The notes under the pieces: generated by a model
The model's input: the letters and a program-made list of their open reading frames with translations, nothing else
Database searches by the model: none
Told to the model about the DNA's origin: nothing
Shown here: positions 1 through 10,607 of the stretch, one piece after another
How positions within the stretch are numbered: the first letter of the stretch is position 1
How the letters are laid out: every line of letters starts with the position of its first letter
Made by a program: the position numbers and the translations under genes
From: Candidatus Hydrogenedentota bacterium
GTDB taxonomy: Bacteria; Hydrogenedentota; Hydrogenedentia; Hydrogenedentales; SLHB01
Assembly (NCBI GenBank): GCA_963668025.2
Contig: CAXXTH010000017.1
Span: 160,001 to 224,000, forward strand
DNA length: 64,000 nucleotides
Direction of reading: 5' to 3'

Positions 1-540
1 CGTTTTTAACAAGGTTTTCGCCGCATGCCCCCCGAGGGCGCAAATCACTTTCGGATTCACGAGTTCGATCTGGCGGATTAAGAAATGTTCGCATTCCGCC
101 TTCTCATCCGCACGCGGATCCCGGTTTCCAGGCGGCCGGCATTTCAATGTGTTGCAGATATACACCTCGCGGCGCTTGAGGCCCATGGCTTTTTCGATGA
201 TGCGCGTGAGAAGCTGCCCCGCTGCTCCAACAAATGGCACGCCTTGCTGGTCTTCATCGGCCCCCGGCGCTTCCCCCACGAATACCACGCGCGCATGCGG
301 ATCGCCATCGGAGAAAACCGCTTGTTTGCGCGTCTGGCTCAAGGAACACCGGGTGCAATTGCGGGCTTCTTCCGCCAGCACGGCCAGCTCCGACGCCACT
401 GCGTCTTGCAAGCTGAGATTCTCCAACAATGCAACGACTTCCGGCGACAAGGATAGCGTTTGGCGGCGCGGATGGGCCGCTTGGCGCAACAACGCCTTGG
501 TGTCTTCAATGATCTCGCGCATCAACTGGTCCCGGTCCAT
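1..540 (-). CDS. uracil-DNA glycosylase family 4 (3' end beyond window edge)
   Basis: Manual translation from ATG 540 (GGAGG upstream): MDRDQLMREII...CTRCSLSQTRKQAVFSDGDPHARVVFVGEAPGADEDQQGVPFVGAAGQLL...YICNTLKCRPPGNRDP. Shows the GEAPG motif and Fe-S cysteines. Absent from the ORF track because it has no stop in the window. Confidence 0.93.
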   Translation of the reverse strand, partial: MDRDQLMREIIEDTKALLRQAAHPRRQTLSLSPEVVALLENLSLQDAVASELAVLAEEARNCTRCSLSQTRKQAVFSDGDPHARVVFVGEAPGADEDQQGVPFVGAAGQLLTRIIEKAMGLKRREVYICNTLKCRPPGNRDPRADEKAECEHFLIRQIELVNPKVICALGGHAAKTLLKT

Positions 541-736
541 GTAATGGCCTCCGTAAATAGGCATAGGATACCATAAATCGATGCAAAATGGTTCTGCATG
601 CAAACGGTCAAACAGTCCAGGCAACAGCAGGGAACAGGCCATCCGCACTTCACCGTTCCAGAACTACACCACGATATGCTAAAATAAAAGCTAATAAAGG
701 AGTAAACGCCGGGACAATGAGCAATGAGGTGTTGGC

Positions 737-3736
737 GTGCCTGATGACCAATTGATAGAGAAGCAGGAATATGAAGGCACCCCGCCAGGCCATGCCGCCC
801 TCCCATTCAATATGGATGCCGTGGAAAAGCAGGCAGCCCCGCCCGCACCTGATCGAGAAAATGGGATCGAGCCTTTCGCGATCGTGGGCATGGGCGCTTC
901 GGCGGGCGGATTAGAAGCACTTATACAGTTTTTCCATCATGCGCCCATGGACGGCGGCCTCGCCTTTGTCGTGATTCAGCATCTATCGCCAAACCTGAAA
1001 ACGCTCATGCCTGAGCTGCTTGCCCGGCATGCTGGCATGCCGGTGCAAACGGCCCAGAACAGCCAAGAAGTGCGGCCCGGCCATATCTATCTCATTCCGC
1101 CTGGGAAAAATATGACTATCCAGCAAGGACGCCTGATGCTGGCCACGCAGATTCGCACGCGGAAACCCAATTTTCCCATTGATGTTTTTCTGCATTCCTT
1201 GGCGGAAGATCAAGCCCATCGGGCCGTGGCCATCATCCTCTCGGGCACGGGCAGCGATGGGGTGCGGGGCATTCGCGCGATCAAGGAAGCGGGCGGCATG
1301 GTCATGGTGCAAGACGAAGAGACCGCCAAATTCGATGGCATGCCGCACAGCGCCATTTTGACGGGAATGGCCGATTATGTCTTGGCGCCTCGGAACATGC
1401 CGGCGCAGCTCATGAGCTACGCGAAAACTCCCCGTATCGAGACGCCGCGCATGGAACTCCAGATCCAACTGGATAAGGAGTATTTCATGAAAATTGTCGG
1501 TTTGCTCACCGCTCAAGGAAATACCGACTATTCCCAATATAAGCACACCACGATTTTGCGGCGTATCCAGCGTCGCATGAGCCTTAATCAAATCGATAGC
1601 ATGAGCAAATATTTTGCTTTTTTAAAACAGTCTCCACGCGAAACATCCGCCTTAGACCAGGAGATCCTCATCGGCGTCACGCGATTTTTCCGTGATCCCG
1701 AGGCGATGGCTTTTTTAGAGCAGAAAGTGGTCCACGAGTTATGTCGGCGGACGGAGCCGGGTGGCGCTATTCGGATTTGGACTCCAGGATGTTCGACCGG
1801 CGAGGAGGCTTACTCTCTTGCGATACTTTTTCTTGAACAAGCCAGCGTGTCCGAAAAACCCATCCATGTGAAGATATTCGCGACCGACATTGATCGCAAA
1901 GCGATTGAATTCGGCAGTGTAGGCGCATATCCCGAAAGCATAGAAACGGACCTCACCAGGGAAAGGCTGGAACGTTTCTTCATCAAGCGTGGCGGAACGT
2001 ACCAGGTGGGCCATCGCTTGCGGGAAACGGTCATTTTTACCCGGCACGATCTGTTGCGGCATCCGCCATTTTCGAAAATCAGCCTCATTTCCTGCCGGAA
2101 TCTTCTCATCTATTTCAAGCATGATACCCAGCAGCATGTGTTGTCGTCATTTCATTACGCACTCGAACCGGCCGACTATTTGTTTCTAGGGATGAGCGAA
2201 ACGATTGGCGGCCATGCGGCGGAATTCGAAGCCATTCACACCAAATACAGCATCTACCAGCGACGTGCGGCATCCATGGAGCATCCTGCGCGCAATCTGT
2301 TGCCCGCGGCTCCCCCTTCCGAAAAGCTGGATGCGGAATGGCTGCCCTGCATGAGCCATCTGGAGTGCAGTGCTTTCGATAGAAATACGCGCAATCCACA
2401 GCCCGCCGATGGCGTGCAAGGGAGCGTCTCGGAGGAGGCTGCCCGCCAGCGCATCGAGAAACTCGAAATAGAACTGAAATGCGTAAAAGCCCATTTGCAT
2501 GCAAGCATCAAGGAACTCGAAACCTCAAACGAAGAGCTTCAGGCCGTCCGGGAAGAACTCCAGGGCACAAATGAAGAATTGCAGTCCTTGAATGAAGAGC
2601 TGCACACGATCAATGCGGAGTATTTGGCTAGAAGCCATGAACTTGCCCTCCTGAATGATGATATAGAAAACTTGCTGCGCAGCATGAATGCGGCTTCCCT
2701 TTTCATCGACCAGGAGCTTCGAATCCGAAAATATTCGCCTGCCGCCAGCATGCTGTTCCACTTGATCCCCCAAGATATCGGCCGCACGCTCACCCATCTC
2801 TCTTTGACTTTTGGCGAATGCCGCTTGCTCGAGGAGGTGCATAAGGTGATGCAAACGCTGTCGCCCGTCGAAAGAGAGATTCGCACGGCGGCGGGCCGCT
2901 GGCTGCGCATGCGCATACTCCCCTATCGTACGGACATGGACCGCACCAATGGCGTAGTAGTTACCTTGGTTCCAATGGATGAACTCAGAAAAGCGCAAGA
3001 AACGCTGCAGCGGGAACGCGATGCCACGGCCCGGCAAATGGATGCAATCCCTCTGGGCATTGTGATGACGAATGTCCAGGGCGTAATCACTTTCATCAAT
3101 ACGGAAGCGGAAAAGATACTGGGCGTGCGTAAGGAATCCGTGCTGAAACGCCCGTGCCATGACGCAGGATGGAGATGGCGCCTGCCCGGCGGGCAGCGCA
3201 TGCCCGATGAAGAATCCGTGTTCCGCCGTGTGATGCATACGGGCAAGCCCGTGCAAAATGCGCGTTGTTTCATCGAAAGGCCCGATGGAATCCATATGAT
3301 GCTTTTAATGAATGCCGCGCCCATTTTGAATGGGCTTCAATATATAACTGGCGCTATAGCCACTATCCAAAACGAGGCCGCTTTATCTGAATCGATTGGC
3401 AACGGACAGGTTTCATCCCTAACCCACAGATTCGTTATAGCAGTCAATCGGGATTTCCAGGTACAATATTGGAGCCAAAACGCGGAGAACCTATTCGGAC
3501 ATATGAACAAAGACGCCCTCGGATTGCCTCTTAAGAAAGCATTGGGTGGCGGGAACGAGGAGTTCTGCTGGGATGCCGTTCGCAACGCGCTCAAAGCCGA
3601 ATCCAGTTGGGAGTCCGTGATAATGCTGCACACGGTGAGCAGCGCGCCCATTCAAATGTCCGTGCAAGCCGAACGAGTGGATATGCCGGGTTCCGGGATA
3701 GCCTATTTGTTTAGTTTTATACCAATTTCCAATTAG
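737..3736 (+). CDS. CheB methylesterase-CheR methyltransferase fusion with coiled coil and C-terminal PAS domains
   Basis: CheB motifs GASAGG, VIQH and SGTGSDG; CheR motifs GVTRFFRD, GCSTGEEAYS and SCRNLLIYF; SNEELQ coiled coil; PAS-like C-terminus; no kinase domain. Confidence 0.93.
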   Translation: MPDDQLIEKQEYEGTPPGHAALPFNMDAVEKQAAPPAPDRENGIEPFAIVGMGASAGGLEALIQFFHHAPMDGGLAFVVIQHLSPNLKTLMPELLARHAGMPVQTAQNSQEVRPGHIYLIPPGKNMTIQQGRLMLATQIRTRKPNFPIDVFLHSLAEDQAHRAVAIILSGTGSDGVRGIRAIKEAGGMVMVQDEETAKFDGMPHSAILTGMADYVLAPRNMPAQLMSYAKTPRIETPRMELQIQLDKEYFMKIVGLLTAQGNTDYSQYKHTTILRRIQRRMSLNQIDSMSKYFAFLKQSPRETSALDQEILIGVTRFFRDPEAMAFLEQKVVHELCRRTEPGGAIRIWTPGCSTGEEAYSLAILFLEQASVSEKPIHVKIFATDIDRKAIEFGSVGAYPESIETDLTRERLERFFIKRGGTYQVGHRLRETVIFTRHDLLRHPPFSKISLISCRNLLIYFKHDTQQHVLSSFHYALEPADYLFLGMSETIGGHAAEFEAIHTKYSIYQRRAASMEHPARNLLPAAPPSEKLDAEWLPCMSHLECSAFDRNTRNPQPADGVQGSVSEEAARQRIEKLEIELKCVKAHLHASIKELETSNEELQAVREELQGTNEELQSLNEELHTINAEYLARSHELALLNDDIENLLRSMNAASLFIDQELRIRKYSPAASMLFHLIPQDIGRTLTHLSLTFGECRLLEEVHKVMQTLSPVEREIRTAAGRWLRMRILPYRTDMDRTNGVVVTLVPMDELRKAQETLQRERDATARQMDAIPLGIVMTNVQGVITFINTEAEKILGVRKESVLKRPCHDAGWRWRLPGGQRMPDEESVFRRVMHTGKPVQNARCFIERPDGIHMMLLMNAAPILNGLQYITGAIATIQNEAALSESIGNGQVSSLTHRFVIAVNRDFQVQYWSQNAENLFGHMNKDALGLPLKKALGGGNEEFCWDAVRNALKAESSWESVIMLHTVSSAPIQMSVQAERVDMPGSGIAYLFSFIPISN

Positions 3737-3824
3737 GGAGTATCGGCAAACGTGAGTGCCTTGAACGAGAAATGAACCTGCAACGCATATAGCAGCATAG
3801 TGCGGGGCGAGATCGAGGGGCGTT

Positions 3825-5024
3825 ATGACTAAAATCCTCGTGGCCGACGATGATCCGGTGGCGCGGTATGTCTTGGAGGACACCTTATCGGAATGGGGCT
3901 ACGATGTAGTGCTTGCCGATAATGGGCCTGATGCGCTTCAGGTGCTTCTTGGGCCTGCTCCTCCGCAGATCGCCACGCTGGACTGGGTCATGCCGGGAAT
4001 GGAAGGCCCAGAAATCTGCAAAGCCATCCGGCGGCAGCCGCACATTCCCTTCATATACGCCATCGTGCTGACCATAAAAAACAATAAGGAAGAAATTGCC
4101 GCCGCGCTGGACGCTGGTGCGAATGATTTTTTATCCAAGCCCGTAGACATCGCCGAACTTCGCAGCCGGCTCGCGGTGGGCGTACGCACCATCGCATATG
4201 AAAAAACCTTGCTCGAGAAAAACGCGCAGCTCGACCAGTATGCGCGCGAAATGGAGTCGCTCGCCGAAGCGCGGGCCAAACAATTGCTCCATGCGGAACG
4301 TCTGGCGACGCTTGGCACGCTTTCCGCTGGCGTCGCCCACGAGATCGCCAATCCCGTTTCCTTTATTTCGGGCAACCTCAACACATTCGAGACCATCTGG
4401 GATTCCATCGAGCCTCTATTGCGGGAATGCCGGGAAAAAGGCATAGGCGACGCCAAGAAGCTCGATAACATCCTTACGGAAGCGCCTAATATTGTCCGCG
4501 GCATCGGCCAGGGCGTACAGCGCACCTTGCGCTTGGTGCGTTCGCTCAAAAACTATGCCCGCCGGGGAGGCGAAGAGCCTGGGCCATGCAATGTAAATGA
4601 TTGTATCGAGAATGCTTTCTGTTTGTGCCATAATCGCCTTAAGTATAATATCGAAGTGCATAAGAACCTAGACGCGGAGCTGCCTCTTGTACAAGGTGTT
4701 CCGCAACAGCTCGAACAAGTGCTGGTGAATATCATTATGAACGCCGCTGACGCCATGGAAGCCACCAGCAAGGCCATGCTGGATATCACAACGCGCCGGG
4801 AAGGCGGCTATGTGGTGATTGGCGTGGACGACTCGGGCCCGGGGATCCCGCCAGATAAAATGGGAGCCATATGGGAGCCTTTCTACACCAGCAAAGGAAC
4901 CGATCGGGGGACAGGCCTGGGCTTGTCCATTGTGCTCGGAATTATCGAGGAGCATCGCGGCAAGATCACGGCGACGAACCGCCCGGAAGGCGGGGCGCGG
5001 TTTATAATTGAATTGCCTATTTAG
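3825..5024 (+). CDS. hybrid response regulator / histidine kinase (REC-HisKA-HATPase)
   Basis: N-terminal receiver (VADDD, LDWVMPG, KP); H-box AHEIANP; N, G1 and G2 boxes (NAADA, DSGPGI, GTGLGL). Confidence 0.93.
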   Translation: MTKILVADDDPVARYVLEDTLSEWGYDVVLADNGPDALQVLLGPAPPQIATLDWVMPGMEGPEICKAIRRQPHIPFIYAIVLTIKNNKEEIAAALDAGANDFLSKPVDIAELRSRLAVGVRTIAYEKTLLEKNAQLDQYAREMESLAEARAKQLLHAERLATLGTLSAGVAHEIANPVSFISGNLNTFETIWDSIEPLLRECREKGIGDAKKLDNILTEAPNIVRGIGQGVQRTLRLVRSLKNYARRGGEEPGPCNVNDCIENAFCLCHNRLKYNIEVHKNLDAELPLVQGVPQQLEQVLVNIIMNAADAMEATSKAMLDITTRREGGYVVIGVDDSGPGIPPDKMGAIWEPFYTSKGTDRGTGLGLSIVLGIIEEHRGKITATNRPEGGARFIIELPI

Positions 5025-5085
5025 GAAAATATCTCTTGCGCGTAGCGCGCCAAGTGTATAGCATGCAGCCAAAGGAGACTCTGTA

Positions 5086-5484
5086 ATGCGAATACTAATC
5101 GTGGAAGACGACGTGGCCAGCCGTTTTCTGATATCTGAATTGCTTTCTCCTTACGGTCTCTGCCATGTGGCCGTGGATGGGGAAGAAGCAGTGGCGGCCG
5201 CCGCTAAGTCTATCGAAGACGGCTTGCCTTATGACCTTATTTGCCTGGACATTATGATGCCGCGCAAAGATGGCAAAGAGGCGCTTATCGAAATACGCGA
5301 TATCGAAGCCCGCCATGGAATCCGGCCTGGCGACGGCGCGAAGATCATCATGACCACGACTGTTTCGGATTCGCGCACCATTATCGAGTCCTTCAACGAG
5401 CAGTGTGAAGCCTATCTTATCAAGCCGATTACAAAAGAGAAGCTCATCGAGCAACTCCGCGCCCTAGGCCTTGTGGAGCATTGA
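5086..5484 (+). CDS. single-domain CheY-like response regulator
   Basis: ILIVEDD, LDIMMP and YLIKP motifs; GGAG RBS. Confidence 0.92.
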   Translation: MRILIVEDDVASRFLISELLSPYGLCHVAVDGEEAVAAAAKSIEDGLPYDLICLDIMMPRKDGKEALIEIRDIEARHGIRPGDGAKIIMTTTVSDSRTIIESFNEQCEAYLIKPITKEKLIEQLRALGLVEH

Positions 5485-5490
5485 GGCGGC

Positions 5491-6138
5491 CTAGTCCGCC
5501 TCCGTGTCAGAGGGCGGGAGCGCTGTCTCGACACGCGGCTCGACATCCATCAGGGGAGGCTCCGTGGGGAAGGCAAATTCGAGTTGTTGATCGCGCACAA
5601 GCTTATAACGTTTGAGCAGCCGCAGCATTTGCAGGGCCGGAGAACCTGGATAACTGGCGTTGATGCTCACCCGGGAAAGCAGATCCTGTAGGATTTGAGC
5701 AAACTCGAGGACATAGTCAATCCCCGCATCTTTGAGCAGCGCCAGCGAGCGCTCGCGCAATTCCGGGGCTACCGGAAGCTCTGAAATCACAAGTATCTTC
5801 ACGTATGGCCGCTCGCTAAAAATCAATCCCGCAATTCCCTTCGACTCCGCCGCGTCAAACTGGGAGAACACGGGGCTCGTCTCGATCATGGAGGGGTAAA
5901 AGCGGTCGGCATGCCATGCCCGCACATGCACAATAGCGCGCTCGATAGCACATACTTGTGCGGAGCGCAATACGAATGGCATATTTCCCAAGGTGCGCGG
6001 CTGCACATTTTCCACAAATAGCTGGGGGCCGCATTCGCTGGCGCGCTGTTTCCAAGATTCCTGCTGCCAGTTGGTGAGCACACGAAACACATTGAGTTCA
6101 AAAAACTCACGTACAATCTGGAGATCGACATCGGCCAC
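5491..6138 (-). CDS. conserved hypothetical protein
   Basis: Part of ORF 5491..6255. Likely start is GTG 6138 (MADVDLQIVREFFELN), just after the stop of the TPR gene, consistent with an operon. Confidence 0.7.
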   Translation of the reverse strand: MADVDLQIVREFFELNVFRVLTNWQQESWKQRASECGPQLFVENVQPRTLGNMPFVLRSAQVCAIERAIVHVRAWHADRFYPSMIETSPVFSQFDAAESKGIAGLIFSERPYVKILVISELPVAPELRERSLALLKDAGIDYVLEFAQILQDLLSRVSINASYPGSPALQMLRLLKRYKLVRDQQLEFAFPTEPPLMDVEPRVETALPPSDTEAD

Positions 6139-6146
6139 GGCAGCGC

Positions 6147-6971
6147 TTACTCCGGCCTGGCGAGCGATTGGGCCAGCCGGTGTTCCGGATTGGCCTGTAG
6201 AATGCGCTCGCCCATCTCTCTTGCACGCGCCGTTTCGCCAAGCCGCTGATAACATATCCCCTGCTTGGCCAGCATATCGAGCCGGGTAAAGTTCTCGCCA
6301 TACGCGGAATAGATGCGGCCATCCTCCGCCCGGTCCGCGGCGTCACGGAAGCAATCCAGCGCCTGGGAGTATTTATCCCGCGCCAAGTTCAATTCACCCC
6401 TCAAATAGTAACTTTCCGGCTGATTCTCAGCGAGTTCCTGCGATTGACCGGCAAGTTCATCGGCTTGTTCGATGGACTTTTCCGCCAGCACCGTGTCGCC
6501 CGCCAATTTCGCGGCCCTTCCCAACAGGTACAGGGCGGGGAAATACGGCCCGCTAAACGCCAAGGAGCGCTTCGCCCATTCCACGGCGCTTGCCCAATCA
6601 CCTTCATTGAACGCCACATCTGCAATGCCAAACAACCCGCGGCTGTTCTGGGGCTCGGCCGCGATGACCTCTTCGAATTGGCGGCGCGCTTCCGCCGTAC
6701 GGCCTGCCGCGACCAAGGCATGGCCCATATCAATGCGCGCGGCGATGTGTCCCGGCTTTTCCGCCAGCACTTGGGAAAAGCGTTCCAAGGCGCGGCTTGT
6801 TTGGCCCATCCGCATATCGCACCGGCCCAATTGATACCGTGCGCCTAGATAGGACGGGTCCAGTTGCAGCGCTTTCTCGAAGTAGCGGACCGCTTCATCG
6901 AGCTGCCCGCGCATGCTGGCCGTCAATCCGTCATCGTAATAGCTTTCCGCGTTTTCACCGCCGAATGGCAT
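6147..6971 (-). CDS. tetratricopeptide repeat protein
   Basis: Repeated TPR-like helices (EAVRYFEKALQLDP, EARRQFEEVIAAEP). Confidence 0.88.
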   Translation of the reverse strand: MPFGGENAESYYDDGLTASMRGQLDEAVRYFEKALQLDPSYLGARYQLGRCDMRMGQTSRALERFSQVLAEKPGHIAARIDMGHALVAAGRTAEARRQFEEVIAAEPQNSRGLFGIADVAFNEGDWASAVEWAKRSLAFSGPYFPALYLLGRAAKLAGDTVLAEKSIEQADELAGQSQELAENQPESYYLRGELNLARDKYSQALDCFRDAADRAEDGRIYSAYGENFTRLDMLAKQGICYQRLGETARAREMGERILQANPEHRLAQSLARPE

Positions 6972-6983
6972 ACGCTTGCTCCT

Positions 6984-8072
6984 CTATGCGCCGCGCAATG
7001 CTTCCAGAGCCCTGCGGGCTTGCTCCTCCGTGATATCGGTCCGGTGCGCCACATGGCCAAGATTATCGGGCACGATGAACTTCATTGCGCCCGCACATGC
7101 TTTTTTATCATGTTTCATGGCCGCAAGCACAGCGTCAACGGGCGCTTCCGGCCAGGACACCGGCAGGCCATATGTGGCGATGCATGCGCGCTGGCGCGCG
7201 GCAAAGGCCTCGTCCACCAGGCCTAACTCGCACGCCAAGGACGCGGCGCAGACCATGCCCAGCGCGACCGCCTCGCCATGAAGAAAACGCCGGTATTCGG
7301 TGGCGGCTTCAATGCCGTGGCCAAATGTATGGCCATAATTCAAATTGGCGCGCACGCCGTTTTCCCGCTCATCCTGGGCGACAATGGCGGATTTGATGCG
7401 GCACGATTCCACAATCGGCACTTCAAGCGCATCAAGCTCTTTCGCGAGAACCGCTTCGGCATGTTCTTCCATATATTCAAATAGCGCGGGATCCGCAATC
7501 ACGCCATGCTTGATCACCTCAGCCAGGCCCGCGCGCAATTCACGGCCAGGCAAGGAGCGCAGCAAAGGCATTTCGATGAGCACCGCCGAAGGCTGGTGAA
7601 AAACGCCTATCGTGTTTTTTCCCAGCGGGTGGTTCACGCCGGTCTTGCCGCCGACACTGGAATCCACTTGCGCCACAATGGTCGTCGGGATTTGGATGAA
7701 GCGAACGCCGCGCATGAAGCACGCCGCAGCGAATCCCGCTACATCGCCCACCACGCCGCCGCCCAGGGCAATCACGATGCTCGAACGGTCCAGCCCGGCC
7801 TCCAAGAAGCGGCCGCAGAACTCCTCGATGCGGTCCAGGCGTTTATATTCTTCCCCGGCGGCCATGACACATAAAACAGGCTCCGCGCCCGCCGCGCGCA
7901 CAAGGCCCGCGATGCGCCCGCCATATAACGGCGCTACATTGCTGTCCGTGCAGACCGCAACAGGCCCCTTCGCATTCAAATCCGCCAGCAATGCTGGCAA
8001 GCTTTCGAGGACTCCTACCCCAATGCGTATAGGATAGGAACGCGCTCCTAAGGCTACGGCCAGTTCGGTCAT
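6984..8072 (-). CDS. aroB: 3-dehydroquinate synthase
   Basis: ALGGGVVGD, PTTIVAQVDSSVGGKTGVN and LNYGHTFGH motifs. Confidence 0.97.
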   Translation of the reverse strand: MTELAVALGARSYPIRIGVGVLESLPALLADLNAKGPVAVCTDSNVAPLYGGRIAGLVRAAGAEPVLCVMAAGEEYKRLDRIEEFCGRFLEAGLDRSSIVIALGGGVVGDVAGFAAACFMRGVRFIQIPTTIVAQVDSSVGGKTGVNHPLGKNTIGVFHQPSAVLIEMPLLRSLPGRELRAGLAEVIKHGVIADPALFEYMEEHAEAVLAKELDALEVPIVESCRIKSAIVAQDERENGVRANLNYGHTFGHGIEAATEYRRFLHGEAVALGMVCAASLACELGLVDEAFAARQRACIATYGLPVSWPEAPVDAVLAAMKHDKKACAGAMKFIVPDNLGHVAHRTDITEEQARRALEALRGA

Positions 8073-8390
8073 CGAAAAAATCCCTATGGGTTGAGGAGAG
8101 GTTTTTCATGTAAATGGTACCTTCCCCGATGCAGCCTGCGGGCCTATTCTACTGTTCATGCCACGCACGCCGCAAGCAGGCGAATAAACGGGGGCGTTTC
8201 CCATGTTCATTTGAAAAGCGCCAGGCGAAAAATGATGGAAACCGCTCTTCTACAGGTTCGACAGCGGCCTGGGCGCTTGTGTATTCTACTGGGAATGGGG
8301 GCGGTAGTTCGAATGAAAATGGAACGTCCATAAACAGGCAGCCGCCTTGTTTTTTGTAGAATCACTGGCAACGAAGAAGGATATAATTTC

Positions 8391-8945
8391 ATGAAAAGTT
8401 TTCACGCGATTTCCATGCTGCTTGTTTTAGCGTGCTGTGCAGGGTGCCCCCAAACGCCTCCCGATCCGAGGCCCGAGGGCGCTGTAGCGCCGTTTGACGC
8501 CCGGGGAACGTATCAAGGAACGTGGAGCGCCAATGGCGATCAGAACCAGGCGGATATAACGAATTGCACCATCACGATTACGATCACGTCCCATGCGATG
8601 AATCCAAGCCAGCCAGAGGGAGAAGAAGCCCGTGACCTTATTTCGGGCACCGTGGCCATTGACGGCGCTTGTCTTACGCTTTCCCAAAGCGCCGTACTAT
8701 CGACAAGCACCATGAATGTGGCGGGCTGGGTGACGCAGTCGGGGCAAATCCAGGTCCAATCCACGGGAACCTCCACGGGCGTGGCCCCCACTTCCATCTT
8801 GTTAGGGCCAGGCGCGGATACGACAAGCGATAAGCGCTTGGACAGCTTCACGGGAAATATTGGGCTGAATGTGGCGAATTACAGCACACAGCCGCCCACG
8901 TTCATCAACTCTTGGAGCGGCTCCTTCTCGACCGCACGGCAATAA
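8391..8945 (+). CDS. hypothetical lipoprotein
   Basis: Signal peptide ending LACCAGCP; Ser/Thr-rich beta-type mature part; AAGGA RBS. Confidence 0.75.
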   Translation: MKSFHAISMLLVLACCAGCPQTPPDPRPEGAVAPFDARGTYQGTWSANGDQNQADITNCTITITITSHAMNPSQPEGEEARDLISGTVAIDGACLTLSQSAVLSTSTMNVAGWVTQSGQIQVQSTGTSTGVAPTSILLGPGADTTSDKRLDSFTGNIGLNVANYSTQPPTFINSWSGSFSTARQ

Positions 8946-8959
8946 TTACGCGTCGAAGC

Positions 8960-10024
8960 TTACAAGCTTGGCGCAAGGGGAAACGTAATACGGCGGCCCT
9001 CGTGCGCGGATTGATAGGCCCCGAGCACCATTTCAAGCGCCACGCGCCCATCTCGCCCCGTGGCCGGTAGAGGCGTGCCATTGAGCAGGCTATCCACCCA
9101 GGGCCGGGGCACGGCGCAAATGCGTTCGCCATGGCTGGCCGGGCGCGGCACGTCTAAAGGCTCCCAGCAGGTATTGCCATACCGGAAAATTTTCAACGCG
9201 GGGCCTTCTGGGCAAGGAGCGACGTTACAAGAAGGCGCATCCCCGTAATTCTGAATCAACACGCCCTTCTCGCCATAGATTTCCGTGGTGTTCTCCCCCA
9301 CGGACACGACGGAGCTGTTGAATATCGTCCCCATGGAGCCGTCTTCAAAACGGTAAATGGCGATGCCGGTGTCATCTGGCGCGGCATTCGACAAGACTCG
9401 GCCGATCTCCGCCATTACGCTCACCGGCTTGCCAAAAGTCCAATGCATCCAATCCGCGGGATGGGCGGCGTCATCGGCGAACATGCCCAGGTTTTTATCC
9501 GCTTCAAGATGCCAATGGGAAGGGCCGTTGACGAAATTCGGATCGAGCAGCACGCCGATGCAATGGCGGCGGCGGACGGCGATGATCCGGCCAAGCTCGC
9601 CTGATTGGACCAGCTCACGCATACGGATATTGGCAGGGTCATGGCGCATCTGAAACCCGAGGGCAAGGCGCACGCCCGCGTGCTCCGCCGCCTTGATCAT
9701 GCGGTTGCAATCCGCTAGATTCAGCGCCATGGGCTTCTGGCATAGAATGTCTTTACCGGCTTCAGCAGCAGCGATGCACCATTCCGCATGGCGGGACGTT
9801 TCCGAGCCAATAATCACGGCCTGGACGCCAGGATCTCCGAGGATGTCTTCGGCATGGGGCGTATACCGCATGCCGGTTTCCTCGCAGATGGGTTGGCCCC
9901 GTTCCGGTTTATCGTCGTATCCGGCAACGAGCCGCACATCCTCGAATCCGCGCATCACCCTTGCATAAGCCGCTACATGGCCGTGGGCAAAACTCAAAAA
10001 TCCGATGCCGATAGGCGCGTTCAT
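8960..10024 (-). CDS. Gfo/Idh/MocA family oxidoreductase
   Basis: AGKDILCQKPMAL and GFQMRH motifs; start set at MNAPIGIG after GGGAGG. Confidence 0.9.
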   Translation of the reverse strand: MNAPIGIGFLSFAHGHVAAYARVMRGFEDVRLVAGYDDKPERGQPICEETGMRYTPHAEDILGDPGVQAVIIGSETSRHAEWCIAAAEAGKDILCQKPMALNLADCNRMIKAAEHAGVRLALGFQMRHDPANIRMRELVQSGELGRIIAVRRRHCIGVLLDPNFVNGPSHWHLEADKNLGMFADDAAHPADWMHWTFGKPVSVMAEIGRVLSNAAPDDTGIAIYRFEDGSMGTIFNSSVVSVGENTTEIYGEKGVLIQNYGDAPSCNVAPCPEGPALKIFRYGNTCWEPLDVPRPASHGERICAVPRPWVDSLLNGTPLPATGRDGRVALEMVLGAYQSAHEGRRITFPLAPSL

Positions 10025-10115
10025 GGCTGCCTCCCTGTTTCGTTTCCCATTTTGTGAAGCGACATTGTACCATGAGGCGTCTATCCGCGAGGCAAGTTTT
10101 GAAAGGAGCCTATGC

Positions 10116-10577
10116 ATGGCCGAAAAAGGGCACTATACCTACGATTATCCACGGCCCATGGTTACAGTGGACGCCATCATCTTCTCGGAGCAAAACGGCG
10201 AATGGCATGTCCTGTTGATCCAACGCAGGTATGATCCGTATGCGGGATGCTGGGCGTTGCCAGGCGGCTTCGTCGAAATGGACGAGCCCCTCGAAGCCGC
10301 CGCCGCACGTGAGTTATTCGAAGAAGCAGGCGTTTCTGGGATTGCGCTCGAACAAGTGGGGGCGTTTGGCGCACCTGGGCGGGATCCGCGCGGACGCAGC
10401 ATTGGCGTGGCGTTCTGGGGAGTGGCGGTCCAGGAGCAGCATGCGCCCCGGGCGGATGATGACGCGCAAGATGTGGCCTGGTTTCCAGTGGATGCGCTGC
10501 CGCCGCTCGCGTTTGATCATGGAGACATGGTGGCGTGCGCCTTGGCTAAGATGGCGTTGTCTCGAAAAGGAAAGTAA
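10116..10577 (+). CDS. NUDIX hydrolase (NrtR-like Nudix domain)
   Basis: Nudix box GGFVEMDEPLEAAAARELFEEAG; RDPRGR and LAFDH motifs; AAAGGAG RBS. Confidence 0.92.
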   Translation: MAEKGHYTYDYPRPMVTVDAIIFSEQNGEWHVLLIQRRYDPYAGCWALPGGFVEMDEPLEAAAARELFEEAGVSGIALEQVGAFGAPGRDPRGRSIGVAFWGVAVQEQHAPRADDDAQDVAWFPVDALPPLAFDHGDMVACALAKMALSRKGK

Positions 10578-10607
10578 CCTCCAAATCGCGTTACATGCGC
10601 CGTGCGG

